The notes beneath the pieces were generated by a model, which saw only the letters and a list, made by a program, of their open reading frames with translations, was not told where the DNA came from and made no database searches. 64,000 nt of DNA, taken from a phage. Shown here piece by piece: positions 45,072 to 54,661 of this stretch (position 1 is the stretch's first letter; each line of letters starts with the position of its first letter). A program made the position numbers and the translations under genes. The DNA lies in the sequence record PV730299.1; one strand, 5' to 3'.

Positions 45072-46576
45072 TCGTGATTACCCAGCGCCACCTTCATGAA
45101 TTCCACAGGGTGGCGCTCTGCTAGGTAAAACTTGTAACGCTCGTGAGAGTGCCTAAGAGCGTGGTTCGTGCTGGCGTTGTACGATGCATCATCCACTAAG
45201 TCCCATATCCACGCGACGTCCTTAGAGGAGTGCTGACGCATCAGACGACCCAATGTCTGTATGACGCGGATATATGACTTGCTCGGGTGTGCCAGTACAA
45301 GGTGGTGTAGCTTCTTGATCGACACTCCCTGCTGCATTGTCCCGTATGATGCCAACAGGGTGATGTCCTCTCCATCCTCCATCGCTTTCTGTATGCGGCG
45401 GCGGTCTTCGATCTTCACTTCCCCGTTGATGACAAACACGTTGGGCTTGACTGCGCTCAGCATATCATATACGACCATCATGTGACCATCAATACGCTCG
45501 AACATGATGGCCACGTTTCCTTTCAGATTCAGTGCCATCTTGGCGATCAGTTCGTTGCGGGACTGGTGTGTGATAAGGTATTCTATTTCCTTGGAATAAT
45601 CCCCGTCCAGACCAACAGCATCCGCCGGAGTGTGCTTCAGCTGAATCATCTTCACTTTGATGTCAGTGGCGTACCCGAGATTGATAAGATCGCGAGCCGT
45701 GATGATCTTATGGTACGCCCCGAAGTGAGCCACCACCTGAAGCCCGGCAACTTTGGTATTCGCCAGCGTACCTGTAACCCCCAGGCGCTGGTCGGCATAG
45801 ATGCAGTTGTTTAGGATGTAAGACAGTTTCTCAGACTTGGAGGTGTGCACTTCATCCACCACGATATCACCGAACTGGTGGAACCATTCCTTCGGCTGGT
45901 CTTGAATGCCTTGCCATGTACTGATGACGATTGGTTTGCTGATCTCCTTTGTCGCGCCCTCAAAAATCAGCTGGGTGTTAACAACGGGCTTCCAATCACT
46001 GCCATGCGCATACTCTTCGAAGTTGTCGTACAGCTGAGTGACTAGGTGGATTGACGGCACCACGATAAGCGTCTTCAGAGGACTTTCGAGAGCTTCTCTG
46101 CGCCGCCTGTAGTACCGCGCCATGACATACAGAATAAAGGACTTACCGGCACTCGTAGCCAGTTCACAGACGCATCTGGTTTGACGCATAGCCTTGGCGA
46201 TGGTGTCGTACTGGTAGTCACGAGTCTCGGCATCGATATATTCGTGATTTTCGGTGCGGATCTTTGGATGCAGACTGTCGATGAAGTCACGGATTTCTTC
46301 ATCTGGGATGTCCTGAATGTACTTCAGCGTCGGATCCAGTTCAATGGTGTATCCGTTGTTCTTACAGAACTTAAATACCTCAAACAGCAGACCGATATCG
46401 ATTAGACCAGATGACTTGGTAAATAGGCGGACAACCCCGTCCCATTTAGAGAAGGGGTTGGGAACGAAGTTCGGGTCTTCGAATTTGAAGTAGTCATTAA
46501 GTTCTTCCCTGATAGAAAGATCTGCGATGCAACGCATGCGGACTTCGTTAACCTTAACAATCTGAATGTCTGCCAT
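45068..46576 (-). CDS. uvsW: UvsW-like SF2 DNA helicase
   Basis: Walker A LATSAGKS, DEVH box, overall collinearity with T4 UvsW (NLPTSAGRS, NDECH, VVLAH); start taken at MADIQIV with SD GGGAGA. Confidence 0.85.
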   Translation of the reverse strand: MADIQIVKVNEVRMRCIADLSIREELNDYFKFEDPNFVPNPFSKWDGVVRLFTKSSGLIDIGLLFEVFKFCKNNGYTIELDPTLKYIQDIPDEEIRDFIDSLHPKIRTENHEYIDAETRDYQYDTIAKAMRQTRCVCELATSAGKSFILYVMARYYRRRREALESPLKTLIVVPSIHLVTQLYDNFEEYAHGSDWKPVVNTQLIFEGATKEISKPIVISTWQGIQDQPKEWFHQFGDIVVDEVHTSKSEKLSYILNNCIYADQRLGVTGTLANTKVAGLQVVAHFGAYHKIITARDLINLGYATDIKVKMIQLKHTPADAVGLDGDYSKEIEYLITHQSRNELIAKMALNLKGNVAIMFERIDGHMMVVYDMLSAVKPNVFVINGEVKIEDRRRIQKAMEDGEDITLLASYGTMQQGVSIKKLHHLVLAHPSKSYIRVIQTLGRLMRQHSSKDVAWIWDLVDDASYNASTNHALRHSHERYKFYLAERHPVEFMKVALGNHD

Positions 46577-46604
46577 ACAAAATCTCCCAAGGATTATGGG
46601 GTAT

Positions 46605-47351
46605 TTAGTGATCCGGCCAGACTCCGTTTTGTTCTTTATCCATGCGATGATACAGACGAACACGCTCAAACATCTTAGTCAGAATGTCATCACGGTTGAA
46701 CTCAATTACGGTTGGTAGAGGGGAAGACTCGTTGGCAATCACGTTGATGAGGCGGGTGATCTTGACGCCGAACATCTGCTGGAACATGACCGAATATAAG
46801 CACAGCTGGATACTGTAATCCTCGATCATGCCCCGCGTCTTCATGGTGTTCGATGTCTTGAAGTCGATGACAGCAGGTTTACCCTCATAAACCCCGATAA
46901 GGTCTACACGACCTGCAAGACCAAGCACCTCACTATATAATGGGATCTCCTGAGCATAGATCTTTGTCATCTTGTTCAGGTAAGGGAACAGCTGCTTGAA
47001 CATGAACATGTATTCACCAGCCGCTTCCAACACTTCTTTCATTGGGCGGTTCTTTAGATACAGTTCACACGCAAGGTGCAGCTTCTCCCCTCGGTCAGCA
47101 CAGCGCATGGTCTCAAGATCAGCGGCCTCTGCGCCCAGCTTCTTCCTCCAAGACTCAAGCCATTCATGATCTCCAGTGCGTCCCAGCATAGTCGTGACGG
47201 ATGTCAGTTTAACACCAGACGGTGAAACGTAATGACGACCATTCTCCGTCGTAACACACTCCAGTTCCTTATGAGGAAGTTCGTATTGCTGGAATGTGTA
47301 ATGACGGTTTTCGAAGTCATTCAGCTTGCGTAGATCCTGGAGAGATGCCAT
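46605..47351 (-). CDS. PD-(D/E)xK nuclease superfamily protein
   Basis: 248 aa; GRVDLIGVY...VIDFKTS resembles the D...(D/E)xK active-site arrangement of Cas4/lambda-exonuclease-type nucleases. Confidence 0.6.
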   Translation of the reverse strand: MASLQDLRKLNDFENRHYTFQQYELPHKELECVTTENGRHYVSPSGVKLTSVTTMLGRTGDHEWLESWRKKLGAEAADLETMRCADRGEKLHLACELYLKNRPMKEVLEAAGEYMFMFKQLFPYLNKMTKIYAQEIPLYSEVLGLAGRVDLIGVYEGKPAVIDFKTSNTMKTRGMIEDYSIQLCLYSVMFQQMFGVKITRLINVIANESSPLPTVIEFNRDDILTKMFERVRLYHRMDKEQNGVWPDH

Positions 47352-47366
47352 TATGTGTGATCCTCG

Positions 47367-47819
47367 TTATACACCATCAATATATTTTCTCCACTCAATA
47401 GCATTTTTCACTTCGTATCCCAGTTTGTTCAGGCGATCCAAACAAGTCTCTATGAACTTGACTTTTGCTTTTTGTTCTTGTAACAGAACAGACAACTCCA
47501 CATAGTCATCGTCTGCTTTGACCCATGTATCTAGGTCAGACTTCAGGGGGCGAACCTTCAGGGGGCGATCTGCGTAGATGTTAGGGGGTAACTCCCCTGC
47601 ATAGTAGCGGCGCAGATAGAGATCGATTTGGCGGAAGCGCCCGTTGAGAAATTCAAGATAACGTCCCTCGCGCAGATAATGCCGCTGTACAGCCATCCAA
47701 GAGCGCCCGATTTTCAGAGAGATCTGGTCAAGGTTCATGTCTTCTGGGTCCACTGTGATCAGCGGCTCCAGTTCGTTCATGATGTCCTCGGTAGCCATTG
47801 TCTGTAGTTGTTCTTTCAT
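47367..47819 (-). CDS. uvsY: recombination mediator UvsY-like
   Basis: 150 aa; LYLRRYYAGEL and C-terminal LDRLNKLGYEVKNAIEWRK parallel T4 UvsY (ARLDYYSGRGD, LDAIKSRGFAIKHIQDMRAF); position next to uvsW as in T4. Confidence 0.6.
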   Translation of the reverse strand: MKEQLQTMATEDIMNELEPLITVDPEDMNLDQISLKIGRSWMAVQRHYLREGRYLEFLNGRFRQIDLYLRRYYAGELPPNIYADRPLKVRPLKSDLDTWVKADDDYVELSVLLQEQKAKVKFIETCLDRLNKLGYEVKNAIEWRKYIDGV

Positions 47820-47861
47820 AAAATATCCCAGCTTGTCAATGTCATAGAATTATACCGCATT

Positions 47862-48362
47862 TCATGGATTAGAATCAATCGCCTTCCCACCAGATAGTGG
47901 AACCAGCTGTTGGAACTTGAAGGTCACTGTCGTCACCAGCTGAGGTACAGCCGCGTCTACGTCCACCAGTACGTTGTCCAAAGCAGTCGGGCGGGCTTCC
48001 TCCAGCACGAGAGTGAGGCCAATCGGTCGGTTGAGGTTATCCAGCAATTCAATGGTAATGTCCTTGCTGACAGGCAAATCCTTGCCGACGTTGCTGGTAA
48101 TCCATTGGTGGATCTGTAACCATGATTTCCAGTCCTCGTCTATAACGAAAGTAAATACGACGGGGTCATAGGTTAAACGCTCTGAAGGTATAGAAACCAG
48201 TACGTCACCAGGAGACGGGCCATCGATGCCTTCGGAGTACACCCCTGGTATACTGAAGTCGTGGATATTACGGGTTAGGAGTACAAGGTCTCCGATGGTC
48301 AGACGCCACTTATCGGACGCCGCGAAATTAGGGTTTTCGTTCTTAAATTGTACGTTGGACAT
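47862..48362 (-). CDS. putative tail/baseplate structural protein (tube-fold-like)
   Basis: C-terminal 166 aa from MSNVQFK look protein-like with SD AAAGGTG; the ORF stays open to 48665, so the true start may be further upstream. Confidence 0.45.
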   Translation of the reverse strand: MSNVQFKNENPNFAASDKWRLTIGDLVLLTRNIHDFSIPGVYSEGIDGPSPGDVLVSIPSERLTYDPVVFTFVIDEDWKSWLQIHQWITSNVGKDLPVSKDITIELLDNLNRPIGLTLVLEEARPTALDNVLVDVDAAVPQLVTTVTFKFQQLVPLSGGKAIDSNP

Positions 48363-48633
48363 AATAGCACCTTTACTGTGGAGATATGTTGTGACCCTGA
48401 TGCGCGGGATCAGTAGATTGTTGTTGGCATGCTCGATGCTCTTGTTTACGAGCTGTCGCATCTTTGTCACGCCAATAATTTCTGTTTCCGAACTCTGGAC
48501 CCCAGAAGTGCGCACCGTACCTGTGATGTTGTCGGCCAGTGTTCCCACTTGTAACAAGGGTATGCTGGACATCATCGTGCAAGAGTTCCAGCCCTTCCAG
48601 AAGCTCGTACCTTTAGGTTGCTTTGATGAGAAC

Positions 48634-49041
48634 ATGAGCACCCTCAAGCCATACTGGAAGACCACAATTCCTCTCCTGCGGCGTGGCGATGAAGGGAAGA
48701 TTCCATACCTTTCAGCCAGTATTTATTACTCTCAGAACAACAGCATCATTATCACTTTTAATCCATCATTCTATGCCAAGCTGAAGCAACGCATGGTTGG
48801 ACGACTGGGTACAACATCGGATATAATCGTGACGTTCAAGATCATGAATGACACAGATAAACCAGTACGAATCGCAACTCAGGGTGTGTTCGTTAACAAC
48901 GACGCGGTTGGAAATGGGATGAGCATCTTTGAAGTTAACCCAGGGGGAACAATCTTGATCAGACTGAGTAATGCGGGTGTGAACTCCCTGCTGTTGGATG
49001 GCATCGAACCATTGGGAGTTCTTCCGGCGCGGGAGCACTGA
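48634..49041 (+). CDS. hypothetical protein (plus strand, uncertain)
   Basis: 135-aa segment from MSTLKPYWK is the only ORF covering 48666-49041; weak SD; overlaps an antisense open frame upstream. Confidence 0.3.
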   Translation: MSTLKPYWKTTIPLLRRGDEGKIPYLSASIYYSQNNSIIITFNPSFYAKLKQRMVGRLGTTSDIIVTFKIMNDTDKPVRIATQGVFVNNDAVGNGMSIFEVNPGGTILIRLSNAGVNSLLLDGIEPLGVLPAREH

Positions 49042-49770
49042 TTACTTCAGCGCATTCTTCAGATTATCGGAACCGATGCTGTTGATGACACCTCCGGCGC
49101 AGATATCTTTCGCCCACTCTGAGATCACGTTGGCGAAAGAGAAGTTAAGACACTTACCAACCATGTCTTGGATATGGGCTAACTCTGCTGCAATACCGTT
49201 CGTGATGTCTTGAGCAATAGAGGCTACTGATGCGACAGCAGTGTCGATGGCTTGAGTAACTTCAGCAGCCAGTGCCCGAATAGCATCAAGACCAGCACTG
49301 ACACCCTGAGCTACCAACTCAGCCAGCTCATTCATCTTGTTTGTGATAGTTGTGAGAACACTTTGCATGGTGTTGATCCACTGTTTGCCGAGGTTCTGAA
49401 TAACCCCAAATGCATTATTGATCAGATCACAGTTGTTCGGTTCTCGACCTATAGACTTCAGGGCGGACTTATACGATACAGATGTACCGATGCGGGAATA
49501 TGCCTCGTTCACTGACTGGTCGCCATAGTTGTTCAAAGTAGTGATGCTGTTGTTGGCTGAGTTGAACATTGCTGTAGATTCGTTGAGTTTGGCTGTAGTC
49601 AACCCACCTGCCGTCAGCGCTTCCTGAATCTGCGCATTTCCGGTGTTAGCCAGTGACTCTGTAGTCGCCTTACCGCTGGTGATCAACCCCTGTGAGGCGC
49701 TGCTGAGGGACGGGAGAGGATTGGTAAAGGCGTTGCCCTGCGATAGGGCGTCATAGATCTGTGCGTTCAT
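49042..49770 (-). CDS. hypothetical late protein (Ala/Ser/Thr-rich)
   Basis: 243 aa from MNAQIYDAL; CTAAATA motif and leader hairpin upstream, same arrangement as the endolysin gene. Confidence 0.55.
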   Translation of the reverse strand: MNAQIYDALSQGNAFTNPLPSLSSASQGLITSGKATTESLANTGNAQIQEALTAGGLTTAKLNESTAMFNSANNSITTLNNYGDQSVNEAYSRIGTSVSYKSALKSIGREPNNCDLINNAFGVIQNLGKQWINTMQSVLTTITNKMNELAELVAQGVSAGLDAIRALAAEVTQAIDTAVASVASIAQDITNGIAAELAHIQDMVGKCLNFSFANVISEWAKDICAGGVINSIGSDNLKNALK

Positions 49771-49777
49771 AAGAAAA

Positions 49778-49805
49778 TACCCCCATGGATGATGGGGGTA
49801 TTTAG
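49778..49805 (-). promoter_or_regulatory. late-promoter-like CTAAATA motif plus leader hairpin including the SD
   Basis: Minus-strand CCTAAATACCCCCATCATCCATGGGGGTATTTTCTT-ATG. Confidence 0.45.
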
Positions 49806-49808
49806 GGA

Positions 49809-49979
49809 TCATGGTAGTTTGTAAACGAAGTTGGACCAGAACTTACGAACAAACTTCTTGACATAAACCATTCGGTTGGCGTATTCCCCATCCTTCAGGT
49901 CATTGTAGGTCTCGATCCCTACCGCGCCCAAGAAGTACGCCGTGAAGATATAGCAGAACAGATTGATGACGACAAACAT
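49809..49979 (-). CDS. small single-pass membrane protein (not in the ORF track)
   Basis: About 56 codons, MFVVINLFCYIFTAYFLGAVGIETYNDLKDGEY...; SD GGAGATACATC-ATG; ATAAATAA motif upstream. Confidence 0.4.
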   Translation of the reverse strand: MFVVINLFCYIFTAYFLGAVGIETYNDLKDGEYANRMVYVKKFVRKFWSNFVYKLP

Positions 49980-50020
49980 GATGTATCTCCGCTGTGTGTA
50001 CTCAAATTATTTATGATATG

Positions 50021-50443
50021 TTACAAAAGGCGCTTGGTCTTCGGCTTACCCATTAGAGTGATATCCACAGGGAGGCCAGCTTTCTTGCAACGGTTGATCA
50101 TGTCCAGGGTGCCAGTGGACGAACCATCCCACATCGCAATCGGATACACTTCCAGCTTGGTCTGCCTGACGAGATCCAATGCCTTGTCTAACATGTCCTG
50201 ATTACGTTTATTGCCCATCCCTTTCCCATACTTTTCATAATAGCTCGGAGGTATTGGCATAGGAGTGATATGAACATAATTGATTTCAGCCCAGTCACGG
50301 CAAATCTTGTCCACACCAGAGGCTTCACCCTCAATCAGTGTATAGACCTCACGAGGATCCAAGAGTTCGTCCAGCTTGGCGAATACCTTATCCCGCTCGG
50401 TGATTGAGCGGGAACCCGTAATGAGAACGATATACTTCTTCAT
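50021..50443 (-). CDS. SLOG-family (DUF2493/YspA-like) protein
   Basis: 140 aa from MKKYIVLITGSR; Rossmann-like GSR ... GEASGVD motifs typical of SLOG/LOG-like domains. Confidence 0.5.
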   Translation of the reverse strand: MKKYIVLITGSRSITERDKVFAKLDELLDPREVYTLIEGEASGVDKICRDWAEINYVHITPMPIPPSYYEKYGKGMGNKRNQDMLDKALDLVRQTKLEVYPIAMWDGSSTGTLDMINRCKKAGLPVDITLMGKPKTKRLL

Positions 50444-50447
50444 AGAA

Positions 50448-50792
50448 TCACAGCGCCCCAAGATTGCCGATTACGTACAGGGAGCACAGAGGAGTGCCTG
50501 ACGAACGAGGTTCGATCGTCATCCCGCTCAGGCGGATCAGTTCCAGTAAGCCGTCAGTGGTCTGATACGCGCGTGTCGAACCGTTCGGTCGATATAGCTC
50601 CAGCTCAGTTCGCCCTTCCTTTATTGCATTGCGAATGCGAGTGAACACGCTGTGGTCGCCGAACTTCTGTTTCAGAATATCCAGTTTGGTGGTCAGGCGG
50701 CGCGTTTTGCGTGGCTTGCGCTCACTCGGCTTTTCGAATTTGACGATGTGGGGGATCTCCACGGATTTGTTCAGTTTGGTGTCTGCTGCCAT
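50448..50792 (-). CDS. hypothetical protein
   Basis: 114-aa basic ORF in the same operon-like run. Confidence 0.45.
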   Translation of the reverse strand: MAADTKLNKSVEIPHIVKFEKPSERKPRKTRRLTTKLDILKQKFGDHSVFTRIRNAIKEGRTELELYRPNGSTRAYQTTDGLLELIRLSGMTIEPRSSGTPLCSLYVIGNLGAL

Positions 50793-50851
50793 GGTAAAGT
50801 CCTCTATTTGTAGGGGATAGGGTATGTGGTTAACATACCCTGTTCAAAGGT

Positions 50852-51133
50852 TTAGAACAAATGCTCACCTTCCACATGGTATGCTAACACGCCGTCAGAA
50901 CATTCAAAATACATGTTATCATATTCCCACAGAGCGGTGATTTCTTCACCCTGGCAAACCACCGAAAACTTCGGCTGGCTGGCCTTAACTGGAAATTTTT
51001 CAGGGGAAGAGATTGGGGTGAATTTGGCATTTCTGACGGCCATACCAACAAATTGCTGCAATGTTACTTTGTAACGAGAGTGGGTGATAGTGCCAGCATT
51101 CAGGGCTTCGATCAATTGCGCTTTAGTTGTCAT
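50852..51133 (-). CDS. hypothetical protein
   Basis: 93 aa; AGGAACTATATC-ATG initiation region and the conserved promoter/leader upstream. Confidence 0.5.
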   Translation of the reverse strand: MTTKAQLIEALNAGTITHSRYKVTLQQFVGMAVRNAKFTPISSPEKFPVKASQPKFSVVCQGEEITALWEYDNMYFECSDGVLAYHVEGEHLF

Positions 51134-51182
51134 GATATAGTTCCTTCATTTCAGAGTCAGTGTCGTACTGCTTATGGAATGA

Positions 51183-51210
51183 AGTATACGGGGTTTATTG
51201 AAGAAGTAAA
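51183..51210 (-). promoter_or_regulatory. sigma70-like early promoter (TTTACT-N16-TATACT) with conserved leader, second copy
   Basis: Minus-strand TTTACTTCTTCAATAAACCCCGTATACTTCATTCCATAAGCAGTAC; the -35 region sits in the loop of the hairpin ACGGGGTTTA...TAAACCCCGT. Confidence 0.55.
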
Positions 51211-51232
51211 CCCCGTTTATTGAAATGTTCTT

Positions 51233-53143
51233 TTAGTTCAAGACATATTTGATCAGTCCACAATTCCAAATCCTGACCAGCCCGGCTTCGGTTGCTAACT
51301 GATCTTCTGTCTTACCTTCTACGTCATAGCCCATCTGAGCAAAGTCTGCCTTTCTGAATCCAAACTTGTGCTCCCGCATGAGAGTCCCTGGTTTGTGATA
51401 TTTGTAATCCGGGTCTTGTATTTCTTCCTCGACGAACCCGTGAGAAAGATAAATGTTGGACAACCGACTAACAACACACCTATCGCCAAAGGAGAAAGTC
51501 TTCACGCCATCCCAGAGATGTTCCTTGTAGTACGCCAGCAGTTTAGAGAACGCCCCGTGAATGCCGTCGGAGGCAAACCTCGTAAGTTCCATACACTGTT
51601 CCCCCTTCACCACACGTTTGATAAAGGTCATAACAGCCCGAACCCGGTTGTCTCTCTTATCTCTGAGGAGAAGGTAATGCGTGGCTGAATGAATGGTGCC
51701 CTGTATGTGTTGAGAGGCCAGGAGTTCTAGAATGTCCGACTTCTTACCTTCCTCTACATAACACTGACGGGCGTACCCGGATGGCTTCTTGATCCCGAGT
51801 TTGGCAGCCAGCAACCCTTTCACGATCTCTGGGTTGTTATGCCACTCATCTTCCCAGATGTGTATCAGCTGAACGCCTTGTGCTTCACATGCCTCTGTCT
51901 TTTCGAGATGATAACGGCGATATTTGTGTATCTCACTATGCCAGTACAGGCCGTTAAATTCAATTGCCAGTTTGTGGTCTGGACAGTAGATGTCGATCTG
52001 GCGCCGAGTTCCACCGTCCTGGCAATTCATATTGTTTAGGAGGGTGAAGTCTGAGCACTTGTGCACAACACCCATTGAGGCGAGCCACTCGGATATTTCT
52101 ATTTCTGGTTTGGACTGGAATTTACGGAAAGAAATAATGTATTCCCAAACGGATTTGTTTTGCATAGCATACGGAACGCCATATAACTCAATATTTTTTA
52201 TCCTGGCATTTTCTAAGCAAACTTCTGTGTTTAGAGAGCATTTAACCCCGTAACGATCGAATACAGTTTTTCCTATCTTATCTCGAATTTCTTGTACTTG
52301 TCCCGTCCATTCCTTTCCGTATCTTTCTAAATTGGTCTTGATCAATTTGTTTAAGACTGCAGCATCACGCATAGGATGACCGCCCTCATACTCCCCGAAT
52401 GCCTTCTCTCGTGCCGCTTTACCTTCTGGGGTAGCATACCAAGACCGAGCACCGAGGGTTTCCCAGGCGCGCTGTTTGACCTCTTCCACCTGCATCGGAT
52501 GCTCAACTCCATACTTCTTCATCACGGAATCTTTGAACAGCTGTCGCCCATGTTCTGATTGCATAACATGTTCCGCACCGAAACGCCGAAGTAAGGTAGC
52601 TCTTGCCCTACCCTTTACAGATTCATTCTGGAATACGTTGGATACACCATATTTGTCAAGGATTGTCTTGTCCAAGACTTTACGGGCTTCACCACCCAAC
52701 TTCATTGATTGGGCATAGCATTCCTCCGAACAATATTTCCGGTAGGATGGGATAGACTTCTTAATCTCGACAGAAGTTCTAGCACCGCAGGTGATACAAG
52801 GTGTTGGTTTGACGTCGTGTAACCAGACCAATACACGGGCGTTCACGGATTCTTCAGAGTTGTGCTGGTTGGCATATTTGAGGGGGTCTACGCCAAGGTA
52901 AGATGACAACAGGGGTGAAGACAGTAGTTGGTAATTCAGGTTGCCATTCTTCATATAGAAATATTCACGGATGAAGTCTTTGTAGTCATCTTCAGTTTGA
53001 ATAAATTTGGCGTCCGACATTAACTCTGGGGAGAATTTGATACCAACTGTTTGGTAAAAGGTTCTGCAATCAACACTACAGTAGACGGCCTTTGACTGGG
53101 CATTGACGAATGAGGTTTTGCATGTCCGGCATATATGAATCAT
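51233..53143 (-). CDS. putative homing-endonuclease-like protein (zinc ribbons, tandem YG...PMQ repeats, C-terminal Vsr/DUF559-like nuclease domain)
   Basis: 636 aa; N-terminal CRTCKTSF...CSVDC and CITCGARTS...CSEEC; five repeats of the KYGV.HPMQ type; C-terminal QIDIYCPDHKLAIEFNGLYWHSE resembles the PD-(D/E)xK Vsr-like motif. Confidence 0.6.
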   Translation of the reverse strand: MIHICRTCKTSFVNAQSKAVYCSVDCRTFYQTVGIKFSPELMSDAKFIQTEDDYKDFIREYFYMKNGNLNYQLLSSPLLSSYLGVDPLKYANQHNSEESVNARVLVWLHDVKPTPCITCGARTSVEIKKSIPSYRKYCSEECYAQSMKLGGEARKVLDKTILDKYGVSNVFQNESVKGRARATLLRRFGAEHVMQSEHGRQLFKDSVMKKYGVEHPMQVEEVKQRAWETLGARSWYATPEGKAAREKAFGEYEGGHPMRDAAVLNKLIKTNLERYGKEWTGQVQEIRDKIGKTVFDRYGVKCSLNTEVCLENARIKNIELYGVPYAMQNKSVWEYIISFRKFQSKPEIEISEWLASMGVVHKCSDFTLLNNMNCQDGGTRRQIDIYCPDHKLAIEFNGLYWHSEIHKYRRYHLEKTEACEAQGVQLIHIWEDEWHNNPEIVKGLLAAKLGIKKPSGYARQCYVEEGKKSDILELLASQHIQGTIHSATHYLLLRDKRDNRVRAVMTFIKRVVKGEQCMELTRFASDGIHGAFSKLLAYYKEHLWDGVKTFSFGDRCVVSRLSNIYLSHGFVEEEIQDPDYKYHKPGTLMREHKFGFRKADFAQMGYDVEGKTEDQLATEAGLVRIWNCGLIKYVLN

Positions 53144-53247
53144 GATCTAATCCTACCTGTTATTATTTTAGAATTATATGCTGGTTTGTTTCAAAAGAAA
53201 ACCCCGCACGTTGGCGGGGTTTGTCAGGGTTAAGGACAACTGTTCGA

Positions 53248-54579
53248 TTAGAACAGGCCTTTGATCAGCCCTTTACGGAAATACACGTTGGTGTCCTTGG
53301 CGATACCATCCGCAGTCACATAGACCTGTGGATCCTGGTTCGCTGGGATCTGAACGAATGGGTTAGCACAAATCCCGTAGCGGGTCTTGAACGCCATACG
53401 TGGTGCGAAGGTGGTTTCACCCTGGGTGCGGTACATTTCCAGCGGCACGTATGGCGCGAAGAAGATACCAGCATCCAGCGCGGTTGCACCTTTGTATGCC
53501 AGGGTGATGTATTCTGCTACTGCATACGGGTCGATATAGACACGCATACCGTTAGACAGCACACCAGCGAAGGTCTGACCAGTCGGATCAATCGCCAGCT
53601 TGGTGTTTTCCTGCAGCGCCGGAGCATAATCCAGCATGCCGGACATCGCCAGAGCGGATGCTACGTTCGGAGAGCACAGAACACGGTTGCCTTTACCACG
53701 ACGGGTGTCAACACCGATGCCGTTCGCTTCAACTTCCAGCATGAAAGTCATGTACTTCCATTTTTCCAGCGCCCAACGACCGGAGATGTCAGTGGAGATA
53801 TCTACGATACCGTTGGTGCCGAATTTTTTGAAGCGTACTGCGCTGAAGTTCATGGTGCGGATAAACTCACGGTTCATCTCTGCCTGAATTTCAGTTACCA
53901 TCACGTCGGACAGGATGCTGTCAACGTCTTCGCCGTGGATCGCCATCATGTCCTGGCGCAGTTCGTGGCTGTAGTCAGCGTACAGGCCGCGAGACTTCGC
54001 AGTCACGGTTGCTTTCTGAACGGTGATACCAACACGTGCCCATGGGTTGGTGGTGGTGCCCAGCAGTTCAGCGTCGGCAGTTGACATACCTTTACCGATG
54101 GTGGTGGTAGCAGCGCCGGAACCTTCGATCTCAGTCTGGGAGAAGCCAGATGGGTCGCCAGCCTGTGCAGTGTCGTCACCGGAGTAACCGGAGTTGGCTT
54201 CGTTCATGAACAGCTCAGCGCGGGACTGGGCAGTGTTGGAGCCGTCTGCAACACCCTGGCGAGCACGCAGTGCGAAGATCTGACCGTCAGGACCAGACAG
54301 CGGCTGAACGCCGAAGAAGTCCATCGCGATGTTGACCGGAGCCAGGCGTTTGGCCATGTCGATCAGGACTGGCTGCCATTTGCCCACAGAGGCGTTCACG
54401 GAGCCAGGAGCGTCGGATTCGCCCAGGTTTTTGGCGTTCCACTCAGCCTGGTTTTGCAGCAGACGGACGGCAACGTTTTCGGCAGAAAGCGGCTGGATGC
54501 TTTCAGATTCTTTCTGAAGAACTGGCAGCCACTGCTCGCGCATTTGTTCAGTAACAAGTTTCTTAGCCATGATGGTCAT
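53248..54579 (-). CDS. 23: major capsid protein, T4 gp23-like
   Basis: 443 aa; blocks FALRA, NPW, KSRGLYADYS, EMNREF, FAGVL, RVYIDPYA, YKGATALDAGIFFAPYVPL, FKTRYGI, NPF, YFRKGL are collinear with T4 gp23. Confidence 0.95.
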   Translation of the reverse strand: MTIMAKKLVTEQMREQWLPVLQKESESIQPLSAENVAVRLLQNQAEWNAKNLGESDAPGSVNASVGKWQPVLIDMAKRLAPVNIAMDFFGVQPLSGPDGQIFALRARQGVADGSNTAQSRAELFMNEANSGYSGDDTAQAGDPSGFSQTEIEGSGAATTTIGKGMSTADAELLGTTTNPWARVGITVQKATVTAKSRGLYADYSHELRQDMMAIHGEDVDSILSDVMVTEIQAEMNREFIRTMNFSAVRFKKFGTNGIVDISTDISGRWALEKWKYMTFMLEVEANGIGVDTRRGKGNRVLCSPNVASALAMSGMLDYAPALQENTKLAIDPTGQTFAGVLSNGMRVYIDPYAVAEYITLAYKGATALDAGIFFAPYVPLEMYRTQGETTFAPRMAFKTRYGICANPFVQIPANQDPQVYVTADGIAKDTNVYFRKGLIKGLF

Positions 54580-54661
54580 TCCTTACATTGATATTCAGTT
54601 AAGTTGAAATTACTTAGTAGTTCAAAATCAAGCCCCCTTTCGAGGGCTGTGGCTGCTAAAA

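Noticed and set aside
48360-48362. Apparent one-base disagreements between my manual indexing and track coordinates at a few sites (for example near 44700, 46605, 48360)
   Set aside because: Attributed to my own position counting rather than frameshifts; track coordinates were used for all CDS boundaries and manual coordinates are flagged as approximate
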